Assembly (NCBI RefSeq): GCF_021869535.1
Contig: NW_026262734.1
Span: forward strand, 42,408,001 to 42,472,000
Source of the DNA: Mytilus californianus
Lineage: Eukaryota
Length of the DNA stretch: 64,000 nt
Reading direction: 5' to 3'
Under the pieces are notes generated by a model that was given only the letters and a program-made list of their open reading frames with translations, had not been told where the DNA came from and searched no databases. The position numbers and the translations under genes were made by a program. Shown one piece after another: positions 37,401 through 51,900 of the stretch. The first letter of the stretch is position 1; every line of letters begins with the position of its first letter.

Positions 37401-40400
37401 TACATTGATGTCAGTTTTGGATAACTCACTATGTTTATTTTTCAATTTATGTTTAAATCCTAGCAGAAAAAAACTGTTTCTCAAATTTTGCGACGAAAAA
37501 CAAATTATTAAAAGAGCTTTTGTCTCATTTACAATTATATTACATCTCCTGTTTTATATTTTACCACATATTGTTTCCTTATTTCAGAAAAAAAGAAATA
37601 TTTGCCACTGAGAATTTATGCAATATAGGTACGAGTACAATACATGTAATATATACATCGAGATCAACTTAAAATAATGTACATAATACATTTCAATTTT
37701 AGTTGAAATCCTCGAACAAAATTTTTTTTTTCTCAAAATAGTGATTTTTTTACCAAAACTTCTTTTTCATAAATCATTATTGATCAAATTAATAATAATT
37801 TGCCTTCTACCCATAATAGCATTCTTTTTCATTGACAAAAAGTGTCTCTCAATCTTTATATATTTATCATGTTTATATAAAACTGTTTTTTTTTCCAAAA
37901 TTAATTTTCACAAAATATAATGAGCTTATATACATTATATGCATACCAACTGTACAAACGTAAATTGGCCTATCAATGTTATTTGGAGTTTTTGCGTTTA
38001 CAACTAATGTTAACGGACAAGTGACCGTCAAAAGTAAAAACTATAGAACTTCCGGATCTTCGATACAAGGCCTCAAAGTATATGTTATGCACACAAATTT
38101 GTCCAGAGGGATTATATTTAAATCTCTTTATGGACCACGAATAAATCCTTGAAATCTAAAAGTTCTTTTAATAGTAATCACAGTTTTGTTGACTGAGCAA
38201 GAAGCCTTTCATTAAGTCAGTTTTAGTCAGTTGGTGTTACCTTTCGTAAATCTCTTTAAAAAAAAGATGCAGCAAAAACAGTGTAATGACATCTTAATTT
38301 TGACGATGATGTTGTTTATAAAGCCCTATATTTAGATACGATCCATATAATTTAATCTATTCTTTTAATAGAATCCTTCAAAAAAGTTATCAATTTTACA
38401 CTTTAATACGATCTTTGAATATTGTTATCGGTACAAACATTGATTTTGTTATCAGTAAAGTTAATAAATAATGTATGTAATATGTTTACGTTGTCTTTAC
38501 ACTAAATCCATGGGATATGTAATAAATCATTTATTTGTCCTGGGTACAGGAATTGTTAAGTAATTGTTTAGCAAGTTTAAGATAACTCTCAGATCGGTAT
38601 TGTTATTTAAATGAATAAACAACCAAAATATATGATAGATATAATCACTCATGATAACGTCATTATACCATGTATACCGTGAACATGGTGAAAAGTTGGT
38701 TCAATTCTTTGCGTTTTTGGATTACACCATTTTGTTTTGCTTAACGACATTTTAAAGATCAATCCAGAAAATCGCCTTGGACGCACTAAATTTATAAAGT
38801 GTTAAAATAATTGGCATGACCCTCAAATACTGAAAAAAATTACCACTATTGCATATAACTTAATATTGATGAAAACGTGATGTCATTGCTATGTCATGGC
38901 CTAGATCACGTTCGAGATGGTTAAGTCGTGCAACTCAAATAGCATACAATTAAGATACATTTAGAATGAAAATGAAGAAACTTGATACCATTATTCATAC
39001 AATTTTAAGTTAATAGCGTTATTGTTCGTTAATGTATAAGACAACTACATAGATATTATTTAATGTAGATTGTTTAATAACATTGTTTTTTAAGTATTAT
39101 TTGACTTAGAACAGGTGAAAGGTCTTATGGAATGTATACGGGGGTTTAAAACATTTTTATCTACGAATTGAATGCTTATCTTATTGAGGAGTAATAGAAA
39201 TGACCGAATAACAGGAATAAATGTACACACAATTATCGCTTTAACAATCATTTAACATAATGTATAGGTATGCTACAACCATGAAATTCCAAAGTGAAAG
39301 CACGGTCTTTGTCTGTTTTTCTGTTCAGTGCATAACGTCGTCACGGATTACACGTGAAATGTTAGATGCTGCATTTTATATGGAAATGAAATATAACTTT
39401 TGGAATGCATCATCCACTAAAAATTACGGAATCGTCTGAACATTCTATATTATCTAATCATTTCAGAAAAGATTTCTGTTGTCGATATTGTGAACTGAAA
39501 AAATTTAGATTTATTTTCAAGTCTGCGACACATTCATGGAGATCAGTTTTATTCTTTCGACTAAACACATAGAAATAAAGATGACAATATGAAAAAAATT
39601 TGGTACGATTGCCAAAAAAGCATATATTCACCTGATACTAGATGACGTGAAAATAAGCATTTGTAGGACACCAAACGGCTTTATCAATAGTCAAACCTAA
39701 TACAGTAAGGTAGTTGGAAAAAATAATGGTTAGTAATAAGAAGCAAGCGTCTCAGCTTTGCGTTATACATGTTATATTTACTGACGTTAACTATTTTGGA
39801 AAATAGTATTCCGGTGTTTACGTACAGAAGAAAACAAAATTTCTAGAATTTAACTCTTCCTCAGTTAATTAATTGAAAGCCAATGCCAGAAAGCACCGAA
39901 CCAGTTTTTAATGAAACAAAAATGCATATGGTAAAACATGGTCTTTGTGTGACCTCAACCTTTGACATCACGGTAAAAAGATATTTATTTATATGTTAGT
40001 GTTTGAAACACACCCTGCTTACACTTTGGGATAAGCTTTTTATATTTGACACATGGGTGGAGCACCTCAGGAATGTGTTTCGTTCCACGCTCCACTGAAA
40101 GACTATCTACTGTAGATTGGAGAATTATTGTGGTTTACAATTACGATTGTAGGACAATCCACACACTACAAGCGTGTGGTATTATAATAAAAAACCATAC
40201 AAAACCTGCATGTGTGCATAGCATTAAATAAAAGAAACAACATTTGATTTAAATGAGAGAGAGAAAACACCCGAACCGTAAGGATAGGCTTGGGCATTTT
40301 GTAACAATTTATTCAAAGCATTTGATCCAAGAAAAATTTGGGACATTAACCTGTCAAAACCTCTACTTGTTTTACCGAATACTTCCCGAAATGTACAATG

Positions 40401-40629
40401 ACAAAAGCAAAACTTGACCTGTGTCTTGGGGAAACAAAAACAAAACTGCAGAAGCTTTGAAACACAATTTCTATTTTTTAAAGGTTTTCAAGGATTGCTA
40501 TGGAAGTTCTATAATATTAAATTCTTGGTGATACAAAACAAGGTTATCATTTTTTAAATTAATTAAGTTGCTTTATATACAAAAAGGGTTAACTGTGTTA
40601 TAAACTAAACTGGACTGACACCATAAATA

Positions 40630-41083
40630 CAAAAATTTACAGACACAAAATCATAGGACAAAAGGTCACAATTCTGTTCGAAATTATTTTTCTTTAGATA
40701 AGAAAACGCTAATTTTTAAAAACATTTTTGCGTTTATCTTGAACTATAATATATACAGCAATTTTGTCAACAAAACTGTATTCTAAAAAATATAATAATG
40801 ATCAAATAATTGTTAAGAAAACAATTAGTCAAAGTTGTTTGGTACTTTGAATATGGCTTCGTGGTGCCAAGAAATATATTATTAGCGTGATTTTAATTTG
40901 ATAAATCTTCATTTATCAAAGCTTATGAACAATTTCTTTAACTGTAACATTAATAAATGTAATAAAAAGTAATTATTTCAAGGACTTTCTCTTGTGAATA
41001 AAAACAATTATAAACAAATTATTTGTGACTTTTGTCCTGTTACTTTTTTTCCTATCAAATTTGTGACTTTCTCTCCGTTTACC
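40630..41083. mobile_element. Decayed MITE
   Basis: ggacaaaaggtcacaa (about 40656-40671) is inverted to ttgtgacttttgtcc (about 41023-41038). Confidence 0.45.
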
Positions 41084-41340
41084 TAAATATTTACCATTCT
41101 CTAGTTAGTGTTAAAAATTTTCCAGTTACCATAGATTATATCTGAAACATTCAGAACGTTTTGAATAACATTTAAGATATTTGAATAATGGTAGGAATTT
41201 CTAGTATTTTTGATGTTATATTAAACAGGTTAAATACATTTTGGATTTCAAATTGTTGTTCAAATTTCTAAGCCATGGGAAATAACTAAAAAATAGTTCC
41301 TAAATTGATGAAATACAATACATATATACATTTATATGTC

Positions 41341-41575
41341 TAGTTTGGTTAAGACTTGGTCGAGTATGGTTCAGACTAGTTCGAGTATGTTTCAGACTTG
41401 GTCGAGCATGGTTCAGACACTTATAAAATGGTTAAGTACTCGTCGAGTAAAGGTCGAGATCAAGTTCAGTCTGTTAAGTATGGTTCAGACTAGAATCGAG
41501 TATAATCAAGTAATTTTCAGACCAATTCAGACTGATCGAGTAAAAATCAATACAGTCGAGTACAGATATAGACCA
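41341..41575. repeat. 21-bp degenerate minisatellite
   Basis: Unit about tggtcgagtatggttcagact. Confidence 0.8.
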
Positions 41576-42893
41576 TTTCCAATTTAGCTGGTTTGTTGTG
41601 ATATGGTTTTTGATTGGATGTGCTGTTTACTATTATTTATACAAGTAAGCCTTTTTAATTGAATGCAGTTTCGGTATGACTGTAGAGGTTAAATGGTATT
41701 GTCCTTTCTACATTTTGTATCAAAAGATCAATTAAAATAATTATTTACCATTTCTGGATTTTTGCACTTTTTGTTAATTTATAAGGTCCCATCAAAACAG
41801 TTATCTTATAAGATAGGATGATAAGACCTTCATCTGTTTAATTTGATAAAAGTAAAGAGTGTTAAATGACGTTCTCTCTTATTACAGAGGGATATTGAGG
41901 GTTTATATATATATATTTAGGATTTATATATGTTACTGTATTTAGAATGCAATATTTTACGATTTACATCTTTCTTTATTACTAGAATGTAATGTCCAGT
42001 TATTTTGAGAGGACTGTAACATGCACTTTTCAAATAATTAATCTCTTTCAGTTGTAATTATTTTCTAAAAGAAGTGTATAACCTTAAGGAAACCCTGATG
42101 AAATTGAAGTGAATCAACCGGTTTACAAAAGATCATGTTTTTTAAATGTTGATTCATTCATCCGTGTATTTAATGTAAAATAGTTTGTACGATGGGACAT
42201 TTTAGACTTTTCTCATCTTTTTTAAAGGGTTTATAGAAGTTACCAAGTTACAGACGTTGTTGGTATTTAAAAACCATATTTAAGCTGTTATTTTGTTATT
42301 CAACCTATATAATTTTTTTTTTAACTACTCGTCTCGAATTGCCTACCAGCTACTGGTCCTCAAGAATCACATTTTAAATGTTTTTCCCTATTACCTGTGT
42401 ACTGCGTATTATGTGAATCATTATTCATATCTTTACTAATTGTAAATATTACAATCTGAGTGGAGTCAGCCACGAAGATAAGAGACGACTACATCTGATA
42501 TACAAGAAAGTAATGAATAAGTATTTTATCTTGACTTGCTCTTCAAAGAGCAAGTAATTTTGATAAAAAAAAAGAATAGTGTTATTATCTCAAATTTCCA
42601 AGATGCCGAGTGACTTTCCGAATAGTAATAATGGATTTGTATGGATCAACTTAACTGTCTTACAGTGTAAATATTTAAATTGTTTTGTCGCTTTGTTTTA
42701 ACTTTCTGTCGTTTCTTCTTTGTGTTATGTGTAAGTGTCTTTATTCCTGACACTGTATACCTGTGCTATGTTAAACGAATTATTTGTTTAGTCAAACAAC
42801 TGTATGATATGTCATTGCTATTCTTTGTTATGTGCAATATGCATTACATTATGTTGTATGTACTGTGTATTCTGTGAATACCTCTATACTATA

Positions 42894-43341
42894 GGTTGCA
42901 ATTCTGTAAATATAGACAATGCAATTTCTCATAGGAACTCCCTTTGCGGCTAAGACTGTGACACTTTTACTATGAAGTTTCGTGAAAAATAATATCCTAG
43001 AACGGAAAGTTTATATGCACTACTATTTTATTCAAAGGTCAAAATATAGGGCTGTGCGGCATATTTTCAACATTTATATGCCCGGAACTTCTAAGAGTTT
43101 AAACTTATACTAAAATTCTATACTACCCTTACCTCCATTTTTGGACCTCCTAAGAATTAAAATTTAGGCGCTACCATGTTTTTCTATACTGGTTACATTC
43201 CCAAGTGATGTCTCTATGAAATGAAACACAGAGATCATAAATGGGAACCAGTACGTTAACAAATTAACATATCTATGAATATTATATATCTCCCCAAAAG
43301 AGGCGTGGTTTGAGAAAAAGCTGTATTTACAAAGTGCAACC
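42894..43341. mobile_element. 448-bp MITE, copy 1 (GG..CC ends, TATA TSD; Kolobok-like)
   Basis: TIR ggttgcaattctgtaaata / tatttacaaagtgcaacc; TATA on both sides. Confidence 0.9.
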
Positions 43342-44576
43342 TATACAAACATTTATTCAAATAGAAAACTCTCTAAAAACACTTTTTCTCACAACAATAC
43401 TTATTTATCAGAATTATAGCCTTAAAGAAATCACTGCATATACTCTAAGTTTCCTTTTACAGTACATTTTATACCCCTACCCCTGTTTCAATTTTTTTAA
43501 GAATTTGAAAACAAGACTTTAATTATTGCCAGCTTACCCTATGTGCATGTTTTCTGACATGAACTGTCTAAAACCTGTTTGAAACTATTCTGAATACAAA
43601 TTGAAAGCATTTTGAAATACTATAAATGTAATGTTTAGTAGTTAATCATTCCAACATTCAAGATTATACAAAGTATCCAATCCTGCCTGTGTCTCCAGTC
43701 CACATCTTACTGTATGCCTATTTGTCAATGAAAGTTCACAATTTCTGCCTCAAATGGTCAGTTTATAATTCATGTTACAACAGTATCATCCTTAACCATA
43801 TATCTAACATAAGTTAGTTAATACATGAACTAGAAGTGTTTAAACAAAGCCATATTTGCAAAAGTTGTATTTATGAAGATATCAGTCTGGTGCATAAATT
43901 CACTAAAAGTTTGATAGAAATGACTGCTCACATCTGATTTTGCATAACTTCCTAGCACAGTTATTGTTTTCTTTACAAAAGACCTTTAAAATAATAAAAT
44001 CATAGCATTTAGAAGTTAAATTATCTGTTTTATGACCCAGGGGGAGGCATTTTTCTCTGTTTTTTGCCCCTGGGGCCTCACATTTCCTAAATTGTTTCCC
44101 TGTTTCTAGCAATGTGGAATATTTGGTACATATTTAGGATAGAACACACTATTGTAAGTTTTATAAAGGTCTTTTTGTAATTCTAGCTTGTACTTTTTAT
44201 GCCGCAGTCACAAAAAAGCACATTTAAGTGTTACGGCTTACTTTTGGGTTATCGACAGGACAAAAACACCCCATCTAAAATATTTAAGAAGGATCAATGA
44301 GTTGCAATGACTGCGAAGAGTAAATATAAGCACTTCTAAACAATTTAAATTACAAATAGGCATATATTATGAATTTATTTTTAATTCAGGGCTTTAAGTA
44401 AACAATGCATACTGTAAACTGTGAATTTATGCTGACTCATCATAGTTTAGGCCCAGGATTTTCTCAATCTTCATGAAATATTTATAAAACTTCACATTTG
44501 AGTTAAATTCTTCAAAATCTCTGAGATAAACAAGATTTTGTGAAATTCAGTATGTTCTAATTTTTAACCCTATATA

Positions 44577-45024
44577 GGTTGCAATTCTGTAAATATAGAC
44601 AATGCAATTTCTTCTAGGAACTCCCTTTGCGGCTAAGACTGTGACACTTTTACTATGAAGTTTCGTGAAAAATAATATCCTAGAACGGAAAGTTTATATG
44701 CACTACTATTTTATTCAAAGGTCAAAATATAGGGCTGTGCGGCATATTTTCAACATTTATATGCCCGGAACTTCTAAGAGTTTAAACTTATACTAAAATT
44801 CTATACTACCCTTACCTCCATTTTTGGACCTCCTAAGAATTAAAATTTAGGCGCTACCATGTTTTTCCATTCTGGTTACATTCCCAAGTGATGTCTCTAT
44901 GAAATGAAACACAGAGATCATAAATGGGAACCAGTACGTTAACAAATTAACATATCTATGAATATTATATATCTCCCCAAAAGAGGCGTGGTTTGAGAAA
45001 CAGCTGTATTTACAAAGTGCAACC
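44577..45024. mobile_element. 448-bp MITE, copy 2
   Basis: Only a handful of substitutions versus copy 1; flanks TATA / TTTA. Confidence 0.9.
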
Positions 45025-46509
45025 TTTATGATCTATCACATTTAAGTTCTTTCACATAAACTCTATATTGTGTCTATTCTTCATTTACGTATGTCAACTA
45101 ATAATTGCATCCTGTCTCGAATTGGATTGTTTTGTTAAATGTTCTAAACGTAATGTTTTGATACATATTTGTTCTATGAAAACCTCATGATATTATATTG
45201 TAACGGCTTTATTTTGTGTATATACATATGCATCCTTTGTGTAAAAATATAATATATCATGATATAGCTAATATGCGTTTTGCCAAACAATTGATACTCT
45301 CTGTTAACATTCAAAATGTTATGTGAATTGCCTGGTACGTTATGTGCAAATTCGTGTTAAAATCAGGTTCAACTCACCATTTCTTCTTAAATGACCTATG
45401 CCAAGTCAGGAATATGTCAGTTGTTATCAAATAGTCCGTTTCTATGTATGTTAGCGTTTAGTTTTGAAGCAGTTCAGTGTTTCTGTTGTTCCTTTGTTTT
45501 CCTCTTATAGTCGGATTTATTTTCGCTTAATCGATATCTGAATTGAACAGCGGTATACTACTGTTGCCTTTATTTACATAATGTGCAAATACCTATGACA
45601 CAGTCGACCTGTCCTTCATAGTTCATATAATTACTCGCCAAAATGTTTACTTGAGAGTCTCTTCTTATATGAAAGTATATACACATGTGACGCTGGAATG
45701 GGGCACTTTTTTATACGTCAAACATATCAATGGGTTGTGATTTTACCAACATGACCAAGGTAATATGTAAATGGGTCAGTCATTTTTGTCTCTCTATTAG
45801 ATTTTTGTATAAATCTTGATATTTCGTCTAAAATCAAGTTAAAATCTAAAAAAAATAATATGTAATATCTAAGGAATATATGGGTAATGATTTTGCCATG
45901 AAATATGTGTTTGGGTCGTGATTTCACAAGAATTCAATATATGAATGGGAGGATTGTTACCCCGCTGCACACATGCACCCAAAAACTCATGTTGAGACCC
46001 ACCTGTGAAAATGTTTCTTAGTTATACTAAAACCATATTGAGGAATAAAGATATATTGGCTTCACATTATATGTATACACACGCATATGTACATGTTATT
46101 ATTTAAGGCGTTAACATTATATATTTATATATATATAAGTAAGCCGCCTTCCAACACCATTCGTATTTAGTATGTATGCAAACTAATGCGACATATATAA
46201 TGACCCGGCTGGCGGTACTCAGCGATGTTAAGGCAATTTCGATAAGATTTTGTCAGGGGCAGATAACCCCGTAAGGACCTTATTATGTATTCATATATTC
46301 ATTAATGTCGGAGAGTCCGTAGGCTGCGTCTATCGATGAAACTGTATGAAATCAAATTACATACATGCCTGTTAACTCACAACGGGTATTCATATGATGT
46401 AATTTGTTTATCGAAACACGAATATTTTATGTGTGTGCCTTAATTATATTTTATGTGTGGCAAACAGTTGCAATAGTTGTTTTTCTTCACGAGATTGTCG
46501 GCTTGTGGA

Positions 46510-46540
46510 CCCCGCCTCCTTTTGCAAATTAACCAATCAG
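46510..46540 (+). promoter_or_regulatory. Candidate TATA-less promoter: GC box plus CCAAT box
   Basis: ccccgcctcc (46510-46519) and aaccaatcag (46531-46540), 40-70 nt upstream of an ATG exon; locally CpG-rich. Confidence 0.5.
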
Positions 46541-46579
46541 TAGACGATCGCCGTCAAATAGATGTCTGTAGTTTGCAGA

Positions 46580-48954
46580 ATGGAGAAAACCTTGCGGCGA
46601 AAATTATTTTCACTTCTACGTGAAATCCAACCAGAAAAGTAAGTGTTAGTCACCAAATATGTATTAATAATGAAAGATACTTACTTGTTTTGTCAATCAT
46701 TCGCTTCAGAAGGCGAAAAATTGTATACTATTAGATAAAAACGAGTTCAGTGTTGACAAGCATGATATATACGTGGTCTAAACGAAACTAGACTGCAACA
46801 AATATCTGAAATTTGAATAATAAATGAACAGAATATCGAATGAAACAAGTTCCCTGCATTATGCCAAGAGCCCAATCTCAACATTCACCCTGAATTCGTT
46901 TCTAATTTTCGTTTCACAGGTATCCTGCCATATCTTTATAAATCAGTGTGAAGTCCATATTATATTATTTTCTGCTAAGTGCTGTTGGTATTTGTCAATA
47001 TTGAATTGTATAGGGTGGTAAAGGGTTAATTATATGCAACTTTTTTTATTTCACTTGTTTTCGTGTTTTGACGTTCTACCTCTCAATGTCTCGTGTTTGG
47101 TTCGATGTGAATGCTTCTTGTTTCCGCTTTATATTTATTTTCCATGTTTCCTGTCGTACTATTTATTTCTCGTGCTTGTCAAAAAAGTTTTGCAATTCTA
47201 TTGAATATTTATTGCTCATGTATGTAATAAAGACCTTCAAATTACTATAAATAATAATTTTTGAAATAGGATGCAACTCAAGGACGTTTAAAGGTGACAG
47301 CAACGTCTTTATGTCTATTATAGGGACTGCAGACGGCTGAGTATGCTGAGTAACAATGTATAGTACTTTTCCATAATATTTGAGATGTTGTTTCTCATGT
47401 TTTGTTTTTCCTTATTTTTATTTTCCTTGCAATATTTTTGCCATTTTTTTTTCTAGTATTTCTGTGGTCCCCCCTCCTCATCCTTTTCCATTCTCCTTAA
47501 AGTTTATGGCCTTAAAGCAAAAATTAAAATCTGGGTTATTATTCGGACATATCCTGGACCATGCGTCTTTCCCTGGAAAATGCCTGCACCTTGAATAAAT
47601 TATCTTGGGACCAGAATTTTTTAAATCATTACCAAGTCAGAAATATGACCAATTGCAAGGTTATATACTATGACCGTCTTTATTGGAAAGGAATCGCAGC
47701 AAAAAATTAAAGAAGCCTTTCATGACGCAAATTTAAAAATTAGACTAATTAATATGTAGTTTGCTCATCACGACTGCCCACTTTGACATATTCTTTGTAT
47801 ATACATAATAATTATCAGTATTTAAGTAGATAGAACACTGCATGCACTTTCGTTCTAAAAATAGAATATTTCATCAAATATCTGAACTGTTGGCAGGAAT
47901 AAAATCCATTACTCAAAGCTATATCCCCAGTAAACAGAAGGGACCCATTTATAAAATTTTCTTTGGGAGACCACTAGTCCAAGAGGCAGGAAAAAGCACT
48001 GCTTGTAATAAAGCGTTTATTCTGCGACTGGTTTTTGAGTATAGGGACTTTATTCATAATAAAGGGTTGAAATTGTCACGTTTTTCGGAAATGACTCAAA
48101 AATGCTTAAACAAATTTTCATGAAACTTTGCTAGAAATGTAACGTAAGCCCCCTTACGATTTTTTATATATTTTATTCGAGTAATGGGATTTTATTCATA
48201 AAAAATATTCATGAATTGTGGCACTGTGTGCAAGTTTTATTTTTTTATTTTTAGCTCACCGTTCCGAAGGAACTGTGAGCTTTTGCCATCACTTGGCGTC
48301 CGTTGTCGTCTGTCGTCGTCCGTCGTTCATCCGTCATCGTCCGTCTGGTGTAAACTATTTCAAACATCTTCTAATCTGAAACTACTGAACCAATTCCAAC
48401 CAAACTTAAGCTGAATGAGTTTCAGAGTATCTTGTATAAATTTTGTATTTTACTTTCTTGTACGGCAAGAAACATAGCCACTATGGCTAAAATGAAACAT
48501 AGGGATAAAATGCATTTCTTTGATTTTGAAGAAAATATGACAGATACAAAGAATATTTCAATGGAAGTTTTAAGCCATTCATTAATATATATATTGAAAA
48601 GCAAAAATAATCATTGATGAAAGATTTAAGCAAAAAATTACAGGTGAGCGAATCAGGCTCTTGAGAGCCTCTTGTTAAGAAAGTGGGGATATACTGTTTT
48701 ACTTCTGTCTATACATCCCTAAGACAGTCCGTCCGTCTGTCCTGTGAATATTTTTCGTGGCATCTTTCTCAGAACCATTACAAGGATTTCTGAAATTTGG
48801 TTGAATGGTTTATATGAGTAAGTTATACCGTGTGATGCTTTTTCAGATTCATCACTCAACAACTTCCTGTTTACTTTATACTTTAAGGGTATGGAGGAAT
48901 CATTAGTGAGCAGTAGCTCACAGTTTGTTTTTGTTTTTGTTTTTTAAGTTTTTT

Positions 48955-48986
<32 letters not shown>

Positions 48987-51900
48987 GCTTGCTATTTTGA
49001 GCAGTGCTCTAAGCATTTCTAGTTAATCTTAAAAATTAATTTAAGAAACAAAGACGAGCTAAAATGACAACACGCATATCATGTGTTCATGTCACAGCTC
49101 TTTGTTTTGCATAGGATGAAGCAATTCTAGAAATCCAAGAAAAAAGAGACATTACATCTATGAAGGAAATCCTGATATCAAATTAGAGTTGTGTGGCAGA
49201 CGTAATTTCTCTATTTTAAAAATTATATGAATCATTATACACATGTTTATACTCCTTATTTCAAATAAAAAATCTATTTGTAATTAAATAATTACTTTCT
49301 CTTATTTTTAGCCCACCTGTCAATTACAAGATACAGTATGCCATTCGAGCTTTGATGAAATATAAAGTAATGGTTTAAATTTAAAGAGTTTTATTATTAT
49401 AGACATGTAAATTGTTTTATCCTGCAATCAGCTAACTATTTTACAATGAGACAACTCTCCTCAATAGTCCAAATGACACAGAAATTAACATCTATAGGTC
49501 ACCGTATGGCGGCATTGGTCTTCAACAATGAGCACGGCTCATTCCGCATAGACCACTATTAAAGGCCCCAAAATCACAAATGTTAAACAATTCAAAGGAT
49601 AAAACTAACTGTTTAATTTATGTAAAAAGAAAAATGAATGAAAAAACAAATATGTAACGTTAACACAGCAACAAACGACAACCACTGAATTACAGGCACA
49701 TACATACAGAATGTGGCGGGTTAAACATGTTAGCAAGCCTGGCTTTTCTTCCTGTTTTATAATTTGTGCAAACAAATTTCTGTTTTCTTACATCATTTGT
49801 ACATTGTAAGAATATTGTATGATGTAAATTCAGAAATTATTGAAATGTTTTTATAAGACAACTTTGAATATCGCAATAATAGAAACTCACATTCTGATAT
49901 CTATACATATATAACTGTACAAGTACATGTATGCAGATTTTTCTGAAATCGCAATTATAAATCTCACATTCTTGTCCATTCTTAAAAAAATGCAATAACA
50001 TGAATAATAAATGTACCCAATAATCATGAAAATTTCTTATTTAATGAAGTATCTGTACCAGCAATAACATTAATTTACACAGACATGACAGATATTAATA
50101 CAATAATATACCGAACTTGCTTGCTAAAATTTCTTAGCTGTGGATTACTGATATTGAAATTGAAGTATTCCTGTCATAGTTTACATTTGTACTTAAACAT
50201 AATACATAAGTTTAAATATTAATAACATAATACATCTTATAGGCACATCTGGGTTTTTCATTTAATTTTAAAGTTTTATAAAAGTAGTGCACCTTATTAA
50301 AATGTGTGTGGGAAATATCAAAATCAATCGGGTCCAGGACCAATCCAGTATATCTTATTATAATCCTTCGTAATTAATTCCATTTTCTATGTGCATTTAA
50401 GGTGGCACGGTAGTATTTCCTGGCCCATAAGGGATAATTTTAGCCTTTTTAGAATTTTCACCACTTTCTAACACTGCTAAAAGTTCTACATTCACAGTTA
50501 ACTGAAGTACTTTCATTTTACTATTCAGAAATGAATTTGAATATGTATCATGACCGTTTACTTTTTTTGCTATCTTTAAGAACCTAAGGCCACTAGTGCT
50601 TTTAGGTCTTTTATCGTGCAGTGAATACAAAATTTAAAAAAATTCTCAAAAATTCATTTTCATCTGTATGTAAAATGATTTCATTTTTTTCTACACCTGA
50701 TTCATCCCTCAGTTTGGGAAAGTATATTCAGTTGATACTGTATTTGATCAGATACATTGACTTAAGTAGGGTACACAAAAGAGCAACCTAAATTCTGGAA
50801 TGCAAATACTACCGTGCTACCTTAACCAAGACATTTCAAACTTGAAATCAGTCATGACACCTATGATGCATAGCCTTCTTACTATGTAACATATTACAAT
50901 AAAGAATACTAGTCTGCACTTATTTCTTACCAAAAAAAAAGAAAGATTACACCCCTACCCCAGCTGGCAGATTTTCATTTTTTTATCATCTTACCATTTT
51001 TACTTAAGGAGTGAACAAAATCCAAATATATTATGTTTCAAATCAACACAGAAGTCAAACATGGTGATTTAGGAGGAATTATTGGATTGCCAACTCTAGT
51101 TATAGTTATCTGACTGAAAGAAACAGTTTTAGCACCAAATCATGAAAAATGATATTAAAGTCCATTCCACATTTTACAGCATGCTTTACATTTAAGCATT
51201 TCCAGATTATGAAGGCAACACAACAAGATTCTTTAGATGGCAGTTAACTATCATTCTAAAATCTTTTTCACAATATATGTACTAGAATATATCTCTAAGT
51301 TGACTGTTTGTCTATTTCTCATGTATGCATTAAGTTAAATTATGTCCCCTTACATAATCATTTTACCTTTATTGTGCTTTTCATTGTCAGAAAATCAAAA
51401 CAATTAATGACATTTGCATGGAAAATGAATAAACTATTTAATCTTGCTGATAAACAGTCATAATTACATTCTTTATCAAAAAAATGTCTTGTCAGTGTAA
51501 AGAAACCCCTATTGCTATCTCTATTTCAGCCAAATATGAGGGCTAAATGAATAAGTAAGGACCCCTTAACAACTTGCTGGTTCCAAAAAAGCTCATACTT
51601 GTGTCATGTTACCACAGAACTACAAATTAAACCTAAGGAAAACTAGTAAAGCTGTACTTGTTTGGAAAAAAATAAGAAATTATGCAATTTATTTATTTCG
51701 GTGAAAATAATAGGATGTACAGGCAAATAAAATATGTCGCGTCTCAAATTCCAGTGGTTGCACATGTGTCAGACACTGCGAAAAGTTAAAGCGAGCATTT
51801 ATAATTAAAAATGTATTGCAAGTTACATAAAAATTATGAAGTTCTACTTTCTAGGTAAATTTTTACTTTATTACCCACAGATCAGTCAAAATTTGCTGAA

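Noticed and set aside
37985-38155. 55-codon open stretch GVFAFTTNVNGQVTV...
   Set aside because: No start, no splice signals and no recognisable motif.
41336-41587. ORF with SSMVQTW repeats
   Set aside because: It is the translation of a 21-bp minisatellite; no other coding evidence.
46920-47017. AG/GT-bounded segment as exon 2 of the candidate gene
   Set aside because: The phase needed after exon 1 gives an immediate stop.
48966-48987. G22 run as a functional G-quadruplex
   Set aside because: A simple homopolymer next to a T-rich tract; no supporting context.
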